Source: Eledone cirrhosa
Taxonomy: Eukaryota
Length of the DNA stretch: 64,000 bases
Assembly (NCBI GenBank): GCA_964016885.1
Contig: OZ024740.1
Coordinates: 247,876,001 to 247,940,000, forward strand
Reading direction: 5' to 3'
Shown here: piece by piece, positions 36,101 to 50,334 of the stretch
Layout of the letters: every line of letters starts with the position of its first letter
Position numbering within the stretch: position 1 is the stretch's first letter
Translations under genes and position numbers: made by a program
The notes under the pieces: generated by a model
Told to the model about the DNA's origin: nothing
What the model saw: the letters and a program-made list of their open reading frames with translations, nothing else
The model's database searches: none

Positions 36101-36581
36101 CTCCTTCCCTATCCACTAATCCCACACAATCCCAGCGTGCATCTAAGATCCCGTTCCAGTCGCCCACTAACACTAAAGAGCGGGATGTTCCAAGAAAGGT
36201 CTCCAGACGCCGGAAGAAATCAGGCCGCCCTGCTCCTGTCGGGGCATAGACGGCCACTAACCTGAAAGCTTGCCCGTCTCCGCTGGTCACGTCCAGCACC
36301 ACCAACTTACCTTCTGGGTCCAGGAAGATGGCCCGTATGGCAAGATCCAAACCTCTCCGAAAAAGCACAGCAACTCCTCCCCCCGATCCCGGACGGCTGG
36401 GAGATGCGTACACATCGTAGCCGCCGAAGATCGGTGCGAAGGCCCGTGCTTCGGATATTCTGGTCTCGCTGATGGCCACTACATCTATGTTTAGTGACCT
36501 GAGGTCGTTGAGCAGGTGGCCCTGCTTCCATAACGACCCCAAACCACGCGCATTTATGCTGCCTATTCTGAGTGAGGTCAT
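33182..36581 (-). pseudogene. Tx1 ORF2: APE endonuclease, RT (AYADD), CCHC; two frameshifts
   Basis: ORFs 35784-36581, 34999-35772 and 33182-35005 join into one protein; CPRCAQGDETVLHALVQC. Confidence 0.93.
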
Positions 36582-36615
36582 GTTGAAATGGAGTGGAAAA
36601 GATGGGAAAGACCAC

Positions 36616-38595
36616 TTACCTTACTTCTCGTAGGGGAAGGATGGTTTCTCCATCCTTTTCACTGCTTCTGGCCTCCTCCGGAAGGATGTCTTTATAAATC
36701 CTCCTGGAGAGTGCTTGTCGGAAGTCTCCGATGTCTTTGGGGAATTTTTGTTTTAGTGTCGTGTACGTTTTCTGTGTGATGCGAGTGATTTGTATGTGTG
36801 GAGGAGGTGTGAACTTTTGGGTTGTTGTGTAGTCTTTTTCTGTGATGCTGGTGTTGTGTTGGATGTAGTGTAATAATTGGTTGTTGTATTGATGTGTAGT
36901 GTGTATCGTTTTGGTTGTTTTGTTTTGTTTGCGTTTGTTGTGGGTTTATTTCTGTTTCGCTTTTTGGTGAGTTTTGTGGTGTTAGTAATGGTGGTGTTGG
37001 GGTTAATGATGGTGATGGTGTTGGTGTTTGTGGTGATGGGGTTGGTGATGCTGGTGTGGATGGTGGCATAGCTGTCCTAACTTTTTTGTTTGATAGTTTA
37101 TTTGTTTCCCTCTGTATTTTGTTTTTGAAGGGGGAAGGAGGGGGATTTTTTCTTTTTTGGTTTCTTTTTCTTTTTTTCTTTTTTTCTGATACCGTTTCCC
37201 ACTCCTCGTCGTCACAATCTGTCTCCAATTGCGATAGGTCGGGGAGTGGAAAATCCTCCACGGGCGTTGGTTTTGGTTGTGGCGTGGTGAAAGGTGTAGG
37301 CGCTGGTGCTAGTTCTGGCGCGTTGGGTGGTGGTGGTGTTGGTTTTGCTACTGTTGCTGGGGTTGTTGCTATTACAGTTGCTTCTGTTGTTGCTGCCATT
37401 TCTGCTGCTGGTGGTGTTGATGGTTGAGTCACTGGGGTGGGTAAGAGAGGTGGCCTCAACCTTTTAGCCTGAGGGCAGAAAGCCCTTAGGTGGGTTCCTT
37501 CACCACAAACGACACACCTAGGCCTTCTGCCCTCGACGATTACGGTGAGGTGGCTGCCGTCAGTGAGGTCTATTACCTCTGGGATCTCCTCAATGCTTTT
37601 TTGGTCCGCTTGGATCAGGAGCTCCATCCCAGATCCGGACCAGTTCTGCTGCTTTTCTTTCGCTATTTCGATTATCTTGTTGTTGGCTTCGATGCTGGCG
37701 AGGACGGAAGCTATTAGCCAGGGAATTTCGATGGCCGGTGGAACGTGGGTCACCCTGAACTTCACGACTCTCTGGCCACAATAGCTTGGGACGAGTGTGA
37801 AGTCGTCACTTCTTAATGGGGCCATGGAGTGTTCTCTGGCTTCCTGTGGTGTTTCAAAGAACACGTCCACGGTTCCATATTTCTGCCCACGTCTGATGTG
37901 GGGTTTTTTTGCCCACACATGTCCCAAAGCTTTTTGGATTTGGGACTCGGATGCCCGTTCCACTCGGCGCGATTTTATGTTAATCGACACGGTGCATAGG
38001 CGCCGATGCTCCATTTTATTAGGTGTGTGTATGGGGGGGGGCCAACTCTGTACCCATCTTTCTTTACCATTTTTTTGGCTTCTTCTAATTCCTCCTGAGT
38101 TACCTGGAATGCTTCGCACTTTTTTGCTACTCTGGCAAAACTCAGGGTGCTTTTCTTAATTTCATTGTTGCTGTTGTTGTTATCGTTATTTTTGTTATTA
38201 TTAATTTTAGTTTCAGTTGTGGTGGTGGTGGTGGCGTCAGTGGTGTTCAGTGTGGAAGCGTTCATTTTGGTTGAATTCATTTCGATATCACGAGTTAATT
38301 TATTTTTTGTTTTGTTTCTGTTGTCGCGGTGGTGGTGGGGTGGTGGTTGTCGCGGTGGTGGTGGGGTGGTGGTTGTCGCGGTGGTGGTGGTGGTGGTGGT
38401 GGTGGCGGCTTTAACACCTGCAGTCATTGGTAATGGCGGGAAATGAATGTCTGCATGAGACAAATTTAAAATATTGCTACTGCTTATATTTTTAGTGTTG
38501 GCAAACGTAGTAATATTTACAATGGTGGTGTCGGTGTGAGATGTTAGTTTGTGAGGAAGGCTCTCAGTTACTGGGTTCAGCTGTGAGTCGGCCAT
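36616..38595 (-). pseudogene. Tx1 ORF1 with zinc knuckle, frameshifted
   Basis: ORFs 37975-38595 and 36692-38119; CVVCGEGTHLRAFC; KKKKRKR; alternative frame ends KTYTTLKQKFPKDIGD...LPLREVR*, homologous to the A1/A3 C-termini. Confidence 0.85.
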
Positions 38596-38802
38596 GATTT
38601 TTCAAAGAAATTTTTTTTTGTTTGATAATTATAAAAAGTTTAAATTTTGGGCTCAAGGCCCCAATCTTTTTGAGTGTCCTTTTCATAAATCAATGTATGT
38701 GCACTTATATACAGTTAACAATAATAATTTTCCATAAATGGCAATTTTAAACAACTGAAAATAACAAACCTTTGCGGAGCTCACGATAATACGATTTACT
38801 AC

Positions 38803-39100
38803 GGGAATGATACTGGGAATGATACCTAAGGGGTCTAACGACTACTTATCGCAAATCCCAGGAAACCCGCGTATAGGAGAAATACAAAAGATAGTACTAA
38901 TGGGAACTGCCCATATACTAAGGAAGATCCTGTCAATATAAGTACATCACAAGTCTAAACACTAAGGATGCATGTGTGAATATGTATGTTCTTTCTTGAA
39001 CATGGCGGACCTTGTTGTCTCTTGAGGCCACTGGTTGTGACTTGGTGATAACTCGTATGAACATAAAGCAAGATAAATGCAAATAATAATAATAATAATA
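38803..39100 (+). mobile_element. R4/Dong-like 3' fragment
   Basis: Same ORF end and 3' UTR, (TAA)n tail; GGGAATGATAC duplicated at the 5' junction. Confidence 0.9.
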
Positions 39101-40089
39101 AAGAATAAGGGAAGAAGACGCACGTGGTGGTAGAAGGTCATGAAATCGCTCCCGTAAGTTTTTGATTTTTAACATATTTAAATCAATTGTGAAATAACAA
39201 TTCTTAGTACAAATGATGCATAAACCACCGAATCAAGTCCCATAAAATTTCGGATCCATATTATATTGTTATATCGCTCAAATATTCAATTTTGTATTAT
39301 ATATTTTGTATTCAAAAAAGAAAATGGTTATAAATGGAAGAAAACACCCTCTGTCTACACTATATAGAACAGCCAAATAACAGCAATTTCACCAACACCA
39401 GAAACTTGATACACCACCTACCCCATCCCATCACACTAAATATAACAGCCAGATAACGGCAATTTCACCACCACCACCACCACCACCACCAATCCCAGCA
39501 TCATAATAATAATTACTATTATTATTGTCTCAAGTTTTAACAAAATGTTTAATTCCAATTTTACGGGAATATGTCAACACAATATATATTAAACATACGC
39601 GACACAAACTCATAGATACTACATATCACAAAACTCAGTAACGACAACGCCACCGCCGCCACCACTCCATCCATCATTGCTACCACTATCCCAACACCGC
39701 CGCCACCACTCCTTCATTGCTACCACCACTATTCCCCTGTTAACTTAAGAAAGGGGAAGGTGGCGGGGCGGTATCACTAGACAAGGGAGAGGCTAGCAAA
39801 AGATATAAATAGATTGACTTAGTGACCTGGCCACCGGCCAAACGTCAACAATCATCAACAACTATGGCACTGCTGGCTCCCCCCTTCCTCACCAACAATA
39901 TAAAAAGCCCCAGCACCACCACCGACATAGCTAACAACAATAACAGGCAACTTCAGCAAAAAGTATATTATATTATTGTAATGCACTGGGTGGAGACAAT
40001 TATTAATAATTTCATTCTTAAGCCACGCAATGCTCACATTAAGGAACCACTCATGATAATAACAATTTTAAAAAAACAACAAAAAGAAA

Positions 40090-43000
40090 ACCCCGGGACC
40101 AAGAAATACCGGGATGGCAGCCGGCGGGGAATAGCCGTGTCTCTAGGGGAGAACGACCCCTCTAGTCTTGGTTGACACTCGTTCTAGAAGTGGTAACACG
40201 AAATGATTACCCCTTGGCGGATAAGGATAAAACGCGACAAAATAAAGTAAATGTCTAATGATAAAATCTCATACCGGATCGGCCGTCACCCGGGTAAAAA
40301 AGGGCCGCGTCCCTCAGAGAGGAACCAGACTGGGGTCGAAAAATCAGCTAATGGTTCAAACCTTCCCATCACTTCGGAGCTGGAGACCTCCCATAACCGG
40401 AATACTCCTACTGTTGGCCCTCCATGCTCACCACCAAGAAATCCAAAGAAAAAGAGAGAAAAATGGTCAAGGGAAGATAATAAAGAAGTCCTTGAGGCTT
40501 TCTACACTGCCATGTACTACCCATCAAATACATCGAATACAGAACAGACATATATCAACTGGAAAAAGAAACATCCCGAAAACAGAGGCTATATTGACAG
40601 TAACAAACTAGCCAATATACGAAGAAATATTGTAAGAAAAAAGTTACTAACTGATATAGAAATTGATCAGATCAAGCTATTAGCACAAAGTCAGCGAAGG
40701 GAAAATGAAACATGTGTCAGTGAAAACGAGGTAAATTGTAACACTTCGAATCCCAGGGTTGGGGCGGAATCACTGGCAACAGAACAAATTAAAGAAAGGA
40801 TCGAAAAAGTGGAGGGAGTGCATGCTCAAGATGAAACTCCAAATGAAAATAATGAGATCGTAAATGATAAAGAAATGAATGAGAATGAACTTGCCAACTT
40901 GAAGGATGAAATTATGATCGAATGGATGAAAATGAAAGAATCTGACATGGGGCAACGAGACACCCTCCCTGAGATCTAGAACTCCAAACAGAACCAAAAG
41001 ATAATACACAAGACTAACATAATTCTCAAAAACATTATCATCACAAACAAACTAAACATTACTGATTTAAATCATCTCTATTATGCATCGGCTAAAGTCA
41101 CCACTCACTTATATGGAGTGAAGATGAAAAATCAAAGGAATTCCCACAAGAAATCTACTTGGCAAGAGAACATCAATCGCCAAATAAACCTTCTCCGATC
41201 TGACATAGAAATTTTAACAAACTATAAAGTAGGTGCACATGTTAAACAAACTAAACTTAGAAAATTGAAAAGAAAGTACAGTATAAAATCAACAAGTGAT
41301 ATAGACATGCTGATAGAAATAATCAAGCAAAAAGTGTCGGCCAAAGCTGCTCGGCCAAAGCTGCTCGCTTTGAAAAACGATCTAGATTCTATAAGGACAA
41401 TAATATGTTCAAAAACAACCAAAGAAACTTCTACAGAAAAATTGGTAAGTCAACAATAACTGCTAAATCAATACCACCCAAGGAGGAAGTGCAAGAATTC
41501 TGGGAAAAGATCTGGGCCGAAGAAAAAGTTCATAACATACATGCCCCATGGATAGACAGACAAATGAAAGATACAGCTCACCTTGAGGAACAAATATGGG
41601 AAAATATAACAGTTGAACAGTTGCGCTTGAAGTTGCTAAGAAAAACCAACAAATGGAAATCCCCAGGAAAAGACAAAATACAAAACTTTTGGATAAATGC
41701 CTTCACAGAGTCTCATGAGCTGTTAGCCCAACTTTACAATGAAATAGTTAAGGAGCCAGAAAAGATACCATCATGGCTAGTTAACGGCATTACATTCCTG
41801 CTTCCGAAGAATGATGAGACAAACAATCCCAAAAATTACAGACCGATAACTTGCTTGACCACAATGTATAAAATGTTAACATCAGTCCTAACTGAATACA
41901 CATATGACCACCTGATAACAAATGACCTATTTCCCATTGAGCAGAAAGGGTGTAAACGAGGCTCATATGGCTGTTAGGATCAGCTTTTGGTTAACAAAAT
42001 GATACTGGAAGATTGTCATAATAGAGACAAAAATCTATCTATTGCTTGGATAGATTATAAAAAAGCATTCGATAGTTTGCCACACAGTTGGATTGAAAAA
42101 TGTTTAGAGATTTTCAAAATATCCCCCGTTGTCAGGAGGTTTTTGTCATTCAGTATGAAGACATGGAAAACGACACTCCTTTTGAATAGTGAAACAAAAT
42201 CACTGGAAGCTGGAGAATTTAATATTAATTGTGGAATTTTTCAGGGTGACTCTTTATCACCGCTTTTATTCTGCATCGCACTTATACCATTAAGTAAAAT
42301 GCTCAATGAAACAAAACATGGATATAAAGTCTATGACAAAACCATTAATCACTTGTTCTACATGGATGACCTGAAACTATTTGCAAAAAATGATGAACAA
42401 TTGCAAGGTCTATTATCCACTGTGGAGCAGTTCAGTGATGACATTAAAATGGAGTTTGGACTAGATAAATGCGCCAAAGCAACGTTCACCAGAGGAAAGC
42501 TGCTGAAGAGTTCAGACATTAATCTTGATCGGGGGAACGTGATAAGAGAACTTGATCAAGAAAAAACTTACAAATATCTAGGTGTTTGTGAAGGAGACGG
42601 AATCAAGCACTCGACAATGAGGGAAAGGATAAGGAAGGAATGTTACCGCAGAGTAAGAGCAATCTTAAGAACGGAATTGAATGCAAGGAATAGGATCGAT
42701 GCCATAAACACGCTTGCCATACCAGTAGTAACCTACAGTTACAATGCCATCAACTGGTCAAGCACAGAGATCCGTAGGCTCGATACAAAAATTCGAAAAT
42801 TCTTAACCATGCACAGAATGCATCACCCTAAGACAGATATAGATAGAATATATCTCCCTAGGAAAGAAGGAGGACGTGGGTTAATCCAGTTAGACATTGC
42901 GTTGAAAACTGCAACAATTGGATTATCTACATATCTAAGGGAATCACATGATTGGATGATCAAACTCGTTTTAAAACACGAAAGCATCAAAAGATCATAT

Positions 43001-44072
43001 TCCATTACAAAAGATGCACAAAGATACAGTAATGGACTACAAATTTCAGAAGTCCCATTTACTGCTGAAATGGAAAACACAGAAAAAGCAAAGCAGGTAA
43101 AAGTAACTGCAAAGAAAGAACTGCTACAGAAACTGGCTAAGAAATGGCAAGAAAAGCCTCTGTATGGAAAATACCCAGAGCGAGCTAATAATCCTGATGT
43201 TGACAAAACTTTAACCCATCAGTGGTTGGCATCCTCTGGACTGAAATCGGAGACTGAAGGACTGATTATATCAGCACAAGATTAGTGTCTGCCAACAAAA
43301 AATTACCAAGCCAACATAATAAAAAAATGGATGCAGCCCATTATGCCGTGTATGCAAAAAACAACCAGAGACCATTGACCATATAATTTCAATGTGCAGT
43401 CCTATAGCTCCAACAGAATACCTAAACAGGCATGACAAAGCTGCACAATACATACATTGGATAATGTGTAAGCATTTTGACCTGCCCCATCAAAAGAATT
43501 GGTGGGAGCATCAACCACCTCCCATACTTGAAAAAGATCACATCTCAATCTTGTGGAACTTTAGCATCCAAACAGACCGAAAAATAGATGCAAATAGACC
43601 TGATATAATATTGAAGGACTTTAAAAAAGGGTATGCCTGCTAATTGATATGTCTGTTCCAATAGACAAGAATTTATCTATAAAAACATTTGAAAAATTGA
43701 GCAAGTATAAAGACCTGGAGATAGAAATTGGAAAAATGTGGAAATTGAGAACTAAAACAATACCAGTGGTTGTAGGCGCTCTGGGAATGATACCTAAGGG
43801 GTCTAATGATTACTTATCGCAAATCCCAGGAAACCCGCGTATAGGAGAAATACAAAAGATAGTACTAATGGGAACTGCCCATATACTAAGGAAGATTCTG
43901 TCAATATAAGTACATCACAAGTCTAAACACTAAAGATGCATGTGTGAGTATGTATGTTCTTTCTTGAACATGGCGGACCTTGTTGTCTCTTGAGGTCACT
44001 GGTTGTGACTTGGTGATAACTCGTATGAACATAAAGCAAGATAAATGCAACTGTAATAATAATAATAATAAT
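40090..44072 (+). mobile_element. Near full-length R4/Dong-like non-LTR retrotransposon (RT + restriction-like endonuclease)
   Basis: Single disrupted ORF 40251-43909, 3' UTR, (TAA)n tail; 5' boundary approximate. Confidence 0.92.
40251..43909 (+). pseudogene. RLE-type RT ORF, disrupted
   Basis: REKWSRED, WKSPGKD, YRPITCL, DYKKAFDS, GIFQGDSLSP, FYMDDLK, CRVC...ETIDHIISMC, RHD, NRPDII, IDMSVP, EKLSKYKDL. Confidence 0.92.
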
Positions 44073-46852
44073 GATTTCTTTATTGGCCACAAGGGCTGAC
44101 ATCAAGAAAAACATTACAGACAGCACAGGGCGGTACAGGACGGTACGATGTGGGTTTTGTGCGTGTAAATATTTTTATTATTTATATAAGAAAAGAAAAA
44201 AATAGACATAGAAACATATATATATAAGACAATAAAAAGGAAAATTGAAACAATGAAAAATTCCCCAATAGGGGGGAAACCTCCGAGGGTTACTTGTGGC
44301 GAAAACCACACAAAAGACCACGGCCACCCTGACCACCAGGGCAAGCGCCCTCTATCAATTTTTCCATCTCTCAAACTACAGACGTATATTCAGAGTGGTC
44401 CCGTTCACTCGGACCATTCTCGCTACATTCACCCACCTTTCAACAAACTTGCTAGAAGGGAGCACATGGCTCTCCACCCTGATTTTCCTCTTCAAGTGAA
44501 ACTTGAAAAAGTTAATTAGGGATTCGCCGAAGAGGAAAGTGTCTGTCTTTAACCCTTTTAACCTTGTCCACCACACAATCTCTTTCGCCATGGCCACCAG
44601 GCAGATGAAAACCGCCTGCCCTTCCTCCTCGAAGGAAGACAGCGAGACCATCTGCACAATGGACTCAGTCGACAACCTGATCAGTCCTATACGCGACAGC
44701 AACTGTTCGACATAGCTCCACAAGTCAGCAATGCTCGGGCACTGAACGAGTGCGTGCACGACGGTTTCTTCGCTCTGCGCGCATCTCGGACAGGCTCGGC
44801 TGACGGCACTTCCGTGCCTGTAGAGCTTATCTCGAACCGGCAGCGCTCCCCGGTAGTACTGCCAGGCCAGGGATTTTGGGAAGTTATCCATAGGCCCCGG
44901 GCTGAAAGTTCTCCGGAAGAGAGCAAACAGCTGATCTTCTTCGACGCCCAGGATCTCTCCGAGAATGTCATCGCTCTTCCCCTCCACTAGTCCTCTATAG
45001 AACGCCGAGGTGGATGTTCCACCGATACCGGTGCCCAGCTGGCAGAGGGCAGTGAGCGCCTGGAGACATTCCAGTTTCCAAGCGCTATCCCTCGGTCTTT
45101 TTCTGACACAGGACTGCAGCTCCGTCAAGGAGACTAGCTGTGGGAAAACGTTCCTGGCGAACGGCGACCACACCTGTTCACCATCAAGGAAGCACCAGAG
45201 ATGTCGCAGCCTCAGCGCATGTTTGCGCATCATCAGCCATGGCATGCCCAGTCCTCCACGCAACTGGTGTTGACAGCAGATGGATCGTCTGACCATGGAA
45301 GCGCGTCCCTTCCACAAAAAGCGGAAGAGGAGGCTCTCCATTTTGGTGAGAGTTGGGCTGGAGCAAGGGACGACGGTGAGGCGGTAGCAGATGACGGATG
45401 CGATGTATGCATTCGCCACCTCCGCCCTGCCTTTCAGGGACAGCTTCCTCTCGGCCCATTTCTGGGTGAGGGAGGCCACCCTGCTCGTCACCTGTTCCAG
45501 TTTTTCTCCATCTGGAGGTCCGGTCCGAATCAGACCCCGAGCAATTTAACCGGTCCGTCCGTTCAACGCCCCACGACGCTGTCGGTGGGCATGGACTTGC
45601 CTCTCCAGGTGCCGAGCTGCAAGCCCACCGACTTTTCCTGGTTTATCTTTGCTCCTGTCATCGCTTCGTATTCCTTGAGAGGGGTGTCGAGCATCTGGAC
45701 GTGTCTGGTGCTCGACACCACCACGGTGACGTCGTCAGCGTAAGCCGACTCGGATTTCCCGCACCCTAGTTCGCGTGGGACGTCCATCATCGCCCCCAGT
45801 TTGTGCAGTAAGGCTCGAGAGCCAATACGTACAAGAGGGACGAGAGGGGACAACCCTGGCGGACTGAGCGCATGATGCTGAACGGGTGCGACAGGTGACC
45901 GTTCATCCTTACAACTGAGCAGATGTCGCTGTACATTGCTGCGATCCAACCCCTGAAAACGGGCCCGAAACCGGCTGCCTCGAGGACCGCCGCCAGGTAC
46001 CGATGGTCGACCCTATCGAATGCATTGGATTTATCCAGGTTCCTTAAACACCCTCTCTATGATGTATCGCATGAGTTGGGGGTTGTTGTGTATGGATCTG
46101 TCCGGAATGGCGCATGTCTACGCCTCTCCCACCAGACCCTTGACGACAAGCGCCAACCTCGTTGCTAACACCTTGGCCAAAATCTTGAACTCTGCGTTTA
46201 GCAGTGTTATGGGCCTGAAATTATCGATAACATCCCCCTTGTTCGGGTCTTTTCTCAGCAGCGCCACTGCTCTCCGGCTCACAAAACTGTGAATGCTCCC
46301 GTTCTGCTGCCAGTTGCAGTAGACGTCTGCCAAGAGATCACGGAACAAGTCTGGCATAAATGCATAAAGCTCGTAGGGCAGACCATCCAAACCTGGCAAT
46401 TTACACCTTGTGCAGTTAGCCATCGCTTCCCGTATGTCACCGGCTGTTATTGGCTTTTCGAAACACTGTGCTGCGGTCGTTGAGAGCCGAGACAGTCCGT
46501 CGAGGTATGCACTGAAGTCCATGCCCCGATCCAGGCCGCCGTCGCTCCCGAACAGTTCAGCAAAGTGCTGCTGAAAAGCTTCACACATCCGCTCGGGTTC
46601 GAGCATCACGCACCCGTTTTGGTCAGACAAAGACCGAATTGTGGCTTTGTTGCCACGTCGCGCCTCTGCCACTCGAGCCCATAGGACGGCTTTTGTCCCC
46701 AGAGCACGCGCTCTAGCTCTGACAACGCAGCCTTCGCGTTTTGCGTTGAAGAATTGGTCGAGTGCCAATCTCGCCGCAAGCACGTCGGTTGCGATGCCTG
46801 TCCTAAACGCCTCTTTTAGCTTTCTGACTAGCTCTCCCTCTACTCTATTTTT
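44073..46852 (-). mobile_element. 5'-truncated Tx1-like LINE, subfamily B2
   Basis: ORF2 pieces 46118-46783, 45563-45949 (AYADD), 44376-45491 (CPRC..H...C); TAATAATAAT on both flanks. Confidence 0.92.
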
Positions 46853-46864
46853 ATTAATAATAAT

Positions 46865-48722
46865 CTTTTGAATAGTGAAAATAAATCACTGGAAGCTGGA
46901 GAAGTTAATATTAATTGTGGCTCTTTATCACCACTTTTATTCTGCATCGCACTTATACCATTAAGTAAAATGCTCAATAAAACAAAACATGAATATAAAG
47001 TCTATGACAAAACCATTAATCACTTGTTCTACAGGGATGACCTGTAACTATTTCCAAAAGGTGATGAGCAATTGCAAGGACTATTATCCACTGTGAAGCA
47101 GTTCAGTGATGATATTAAAATGGAGTTTGGACTAGACAAATGCGCCAAAGCCTCGTTCACCAGACGAAAGCTGCTGAAGGGTTCAGACATTAATCTTGAT
47201 CGGGGGAATATGATAAGAGAACTTGATCAAGAGGAAACTTACAAATATCTAGGTGTTTGTGAAGGAGACGGAATCAAGCATTCGACAATGAGGGAAAGGA
47301 TAAGGAAGGAATGTTACCGCAGAGTAAGAGCAATCTTAAGAACGGAATTGAATGCAAGGAATAGGATCGATGCCATAAACACGCTTGCCATACAAGTAGT
47401 AACCTACAGTTACAATGTCATCAACTGGTCAAGCACAGAGATCCGTAGGCTCGATACAAAAATTATAAAATTCTTAACCATGCACAGAATGCATCACCCT
47501 AAGGCAGATACAGATATAATATATCTCCCTAGGAAAGATTAGTTAATCCAGTTAGATATTGCGTTGAAAACTGCAACAATTGGATTATCTACATATCTAA
47601 GGGAATCATATGATTGGACGATCAAACTCGTTTTGAAACACGAAAGCATCAAAAGATCATATTCCATTACAAAAGATGCACAAAGATACAGTAATTGACT
47701 ACAAATTTAAGAAATTCCATTTAATGCTAAAATGAAAATCACAGAAAAAGCAAAGCAGATAAAAGTAACTGCAAAGAAAGAACTGCTACGGAAACTGGCT
47801 CTGGCAAATGCTATGGAAAAAGCCCAGAAAAAGCTAACAATCCTGATGTTGACAAAACTTTAACCCATCAGTGGTTGGCATCCTCTGGACTGAAATTGGA
47901 GACTGAAGGACTGATTATATCAGCACAAGATCAGTGTCTGTCAACAAAAAATTACCAAGCCAACATAATATAAAATGGATGGAACACATTATCCCGTGTA
48001 TGTAAAAAAACAACCAGTGACCATTGATCATATAATTTCAATGTGCAGTCCTATAGCTCCAACAGAATACCTAAACAGGCACGACAGAGCTGCACAATAC
48101 ATACATTGGATAATGTGTATGCATTTTGACCTGCGCCATCAAAAGAATTGGTGGGAGCATCAACCACCTCCCATACTTGAAAAAGATCACATCTCAATCT
48201 TGTGGAACTTTAGCACCCAAACAGACCGAAAAATAGATGCAAATAGACCTGATATAATACTGAAAGACTTTAAAAAGAGGGTATGCCTGCTTATTCATAT
48301 GCCCGTTCCAATAGACAAGAATGTATCTATAAAAACATTTGAAAAATTGAGCAAGTATAAAGACCTGGAGATAGAAATTGGAAAAATGTGGAAGTTGATA
48401 ACTAAAACAATAGCAGTGGTTGTGGGCGCTCTAGGAACGATACCTAAGGGGTCTAATGATTACTTATCGCAAATCCCAGGAAACCCGCGTATAGAAGAAA
48501 TACAAAAGATAGTACTAATGGGAACTGCCCATATACTAAGGAAGATTCTGTCAATATAAGTACATCACAAGTCTAAACAACTAAAGATACATGTGTGTGT
48601 ATGTGTGTTCTTTCTTGAACATGGCGGACCTTGTTGTCTCTTGAGGTCACTGGTTGTGACTTGGTGATAACTCGTATGAACATAAAGCAAGATAAATACA
48701 ACTGTAATAATAATAATAATAA
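46865..48722 (+). mobile_element. 5'-truncated R4/Dong-like copy
   Basis: Homologous to 42178-44072; TAA repeats at both ends. Confidence 0.92.
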
Positions 48723-48762
48723 AAAATGAATAAATAAATAAGGAATCTTACCACTTATATAT

Positions 48763-48938
48763 ATATTGTTTCTACGTTTGGCACAAGGCCAGCACTTAAC
48801 CAGTGCATTACTGGTACTTTATTTTATCGACCCCGTAAGGATGAAAGGCAAAGTTAACCTCGACGGGATTTGAACTCAGAATGGCAAGGGCCGTAACTCT
48901 ATACGTCAAAGCATGGCGTCCGACCCTCTACCGATACT
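48763..48938 (-). mobile_element. Nin-domain SINE, slightly 5'-truncated
   Basis: Same family as 29850-30034. Confidence 0.88.
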
Positions 48939-49299
48939 TAGTTATATATTTAATTATCTATGTGCTGCCTCCTTCATTACCGTACATAAGATTAATGATT
49001 TCTCATTTGAGAACAAACAAATACTTAAAGATCTCACGTTATCTTTTAAGAATGCCTGCCACCTAACATTCATTTCTTCACCGACACAACACATGAATTT
49101 CTTTCTTTCTTTCTTGTTATAGAGGGATAAACTGAGAAATGCGTTACCGTAATGAAACGATAAGAGAATCGTTTATAATATCCTTGTTGTCTACTTTTGG
49201 TAGAAACACAATTTACCCGCTACTGCACAACATTCGTATTTTTCAATAGTGTGAGGAAAAGCTGACAAAGTTCTTTGATCATCTAACTTTATATTATAA

Positions 49300-50150
49300 A
49301 AGAGAATCATCTTTATGCCAGTATATGTAACTAAAGCCGTCAGTTACCTAACTTGACCGTAAACAATCTACACCTACCCAATGCTATCTACAAATTGAAG
49401 CAAACGTATTCCACAAACCTATATTTAACCCACAGGATATGAAGTAAAAATCTGACACGTCCTTCAAAACCACACTCTTGAGCCTCCCAACAAAACAACA
49501 AACATCCTGCACCAATTACTGGTATAAGGGTGCAGCCGTCATTATCTAAGATGAAAATGTGAGTCTTTCGTCAAACACCCTGAAGCAAAGCCTCAATTCG
49601 AAATAACTCTTCAGTTTCAAACTTAATCGCTATTTCAAATTCAAGTCTCACACCCAGAAAACAAAAGCTAAAGTTGTGAATACTTGCAACAGTATCGCCA
49701 GCAAGCTCATATATACAAGACGAGGTGAAAGGCCTCCGACCCTATGTCTAACTGTTATTGTTTTCTGCCACACAACGGCTGATTCTGTAAGCCTTGATAT
49801 GAGAAATGTTTATCCATGCTTAGTTAGATCCTGCCCTTAACGCTCTCGAATCTAAATATAGCCCTTAATGCATCCTGTCGAATTATGACAAACTGTCTTA
49901 GAACAAAAATACTGATATTCCATCAGCCATTAGGAAAACAATAGTCACCATGAAAGAACGTCAGCAATATCAAATTGATGGACGGCATATTATGTTCAAC
50001 TAAACACCAGTTCAGAGTTGTCTGATGTCAACGAAAGCCTTGAAGATGACACCGCAATAAGTGATATAAAACAACTTTGTGAAAAGAAAACAGTAGTTGT
50101 CCACCCGCCCAAACAATGGAAATGACTGCAAATGAATCGTTAGTATCTGG
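49300..50150 (+). mobile_element. Highly decayed Penelope-like RT remnant
   Basis: Collinear fragments KGAAVII (~49526), SLDMRNVYP (~49790), YQIDG (~49968); no long ORF. Confidence 0.4.
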
Positions 50151-50334
50151 TGTGGATGTAAACTGAACAAATTGGAAATATCATAATTGACTAAAAACAA
50201 AGAATTTACTGAGTCAAAGTGGCACTCCAAAATTAGGGATACAACTCCTTCCACTATGCATTGCATGGCTATAAATAGTGTCACAAACTATGAAACTTAT
50301 GTCGAGATGCTCTCTAATACAAGAATCATGGCCA

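Larger units (their letters stand above)
32936..38801 (-). mobile_element. Full-length Tx1-like LINE, subfamily B1, nearly intact
   Basis: 5' UTR, ORF1, ORF2 with two frameshifts, AATAAAGAAAAC then (ATT)n. Confidence 0.95.

Noticed and set aside
40090-40250. HDV-like ribozyme in the Dong leader (and in 55180-55270)
   Set aside because: GC-rich hairpins are present but I could not build the nested double pseudoknot by eye; needs a descriptor search.
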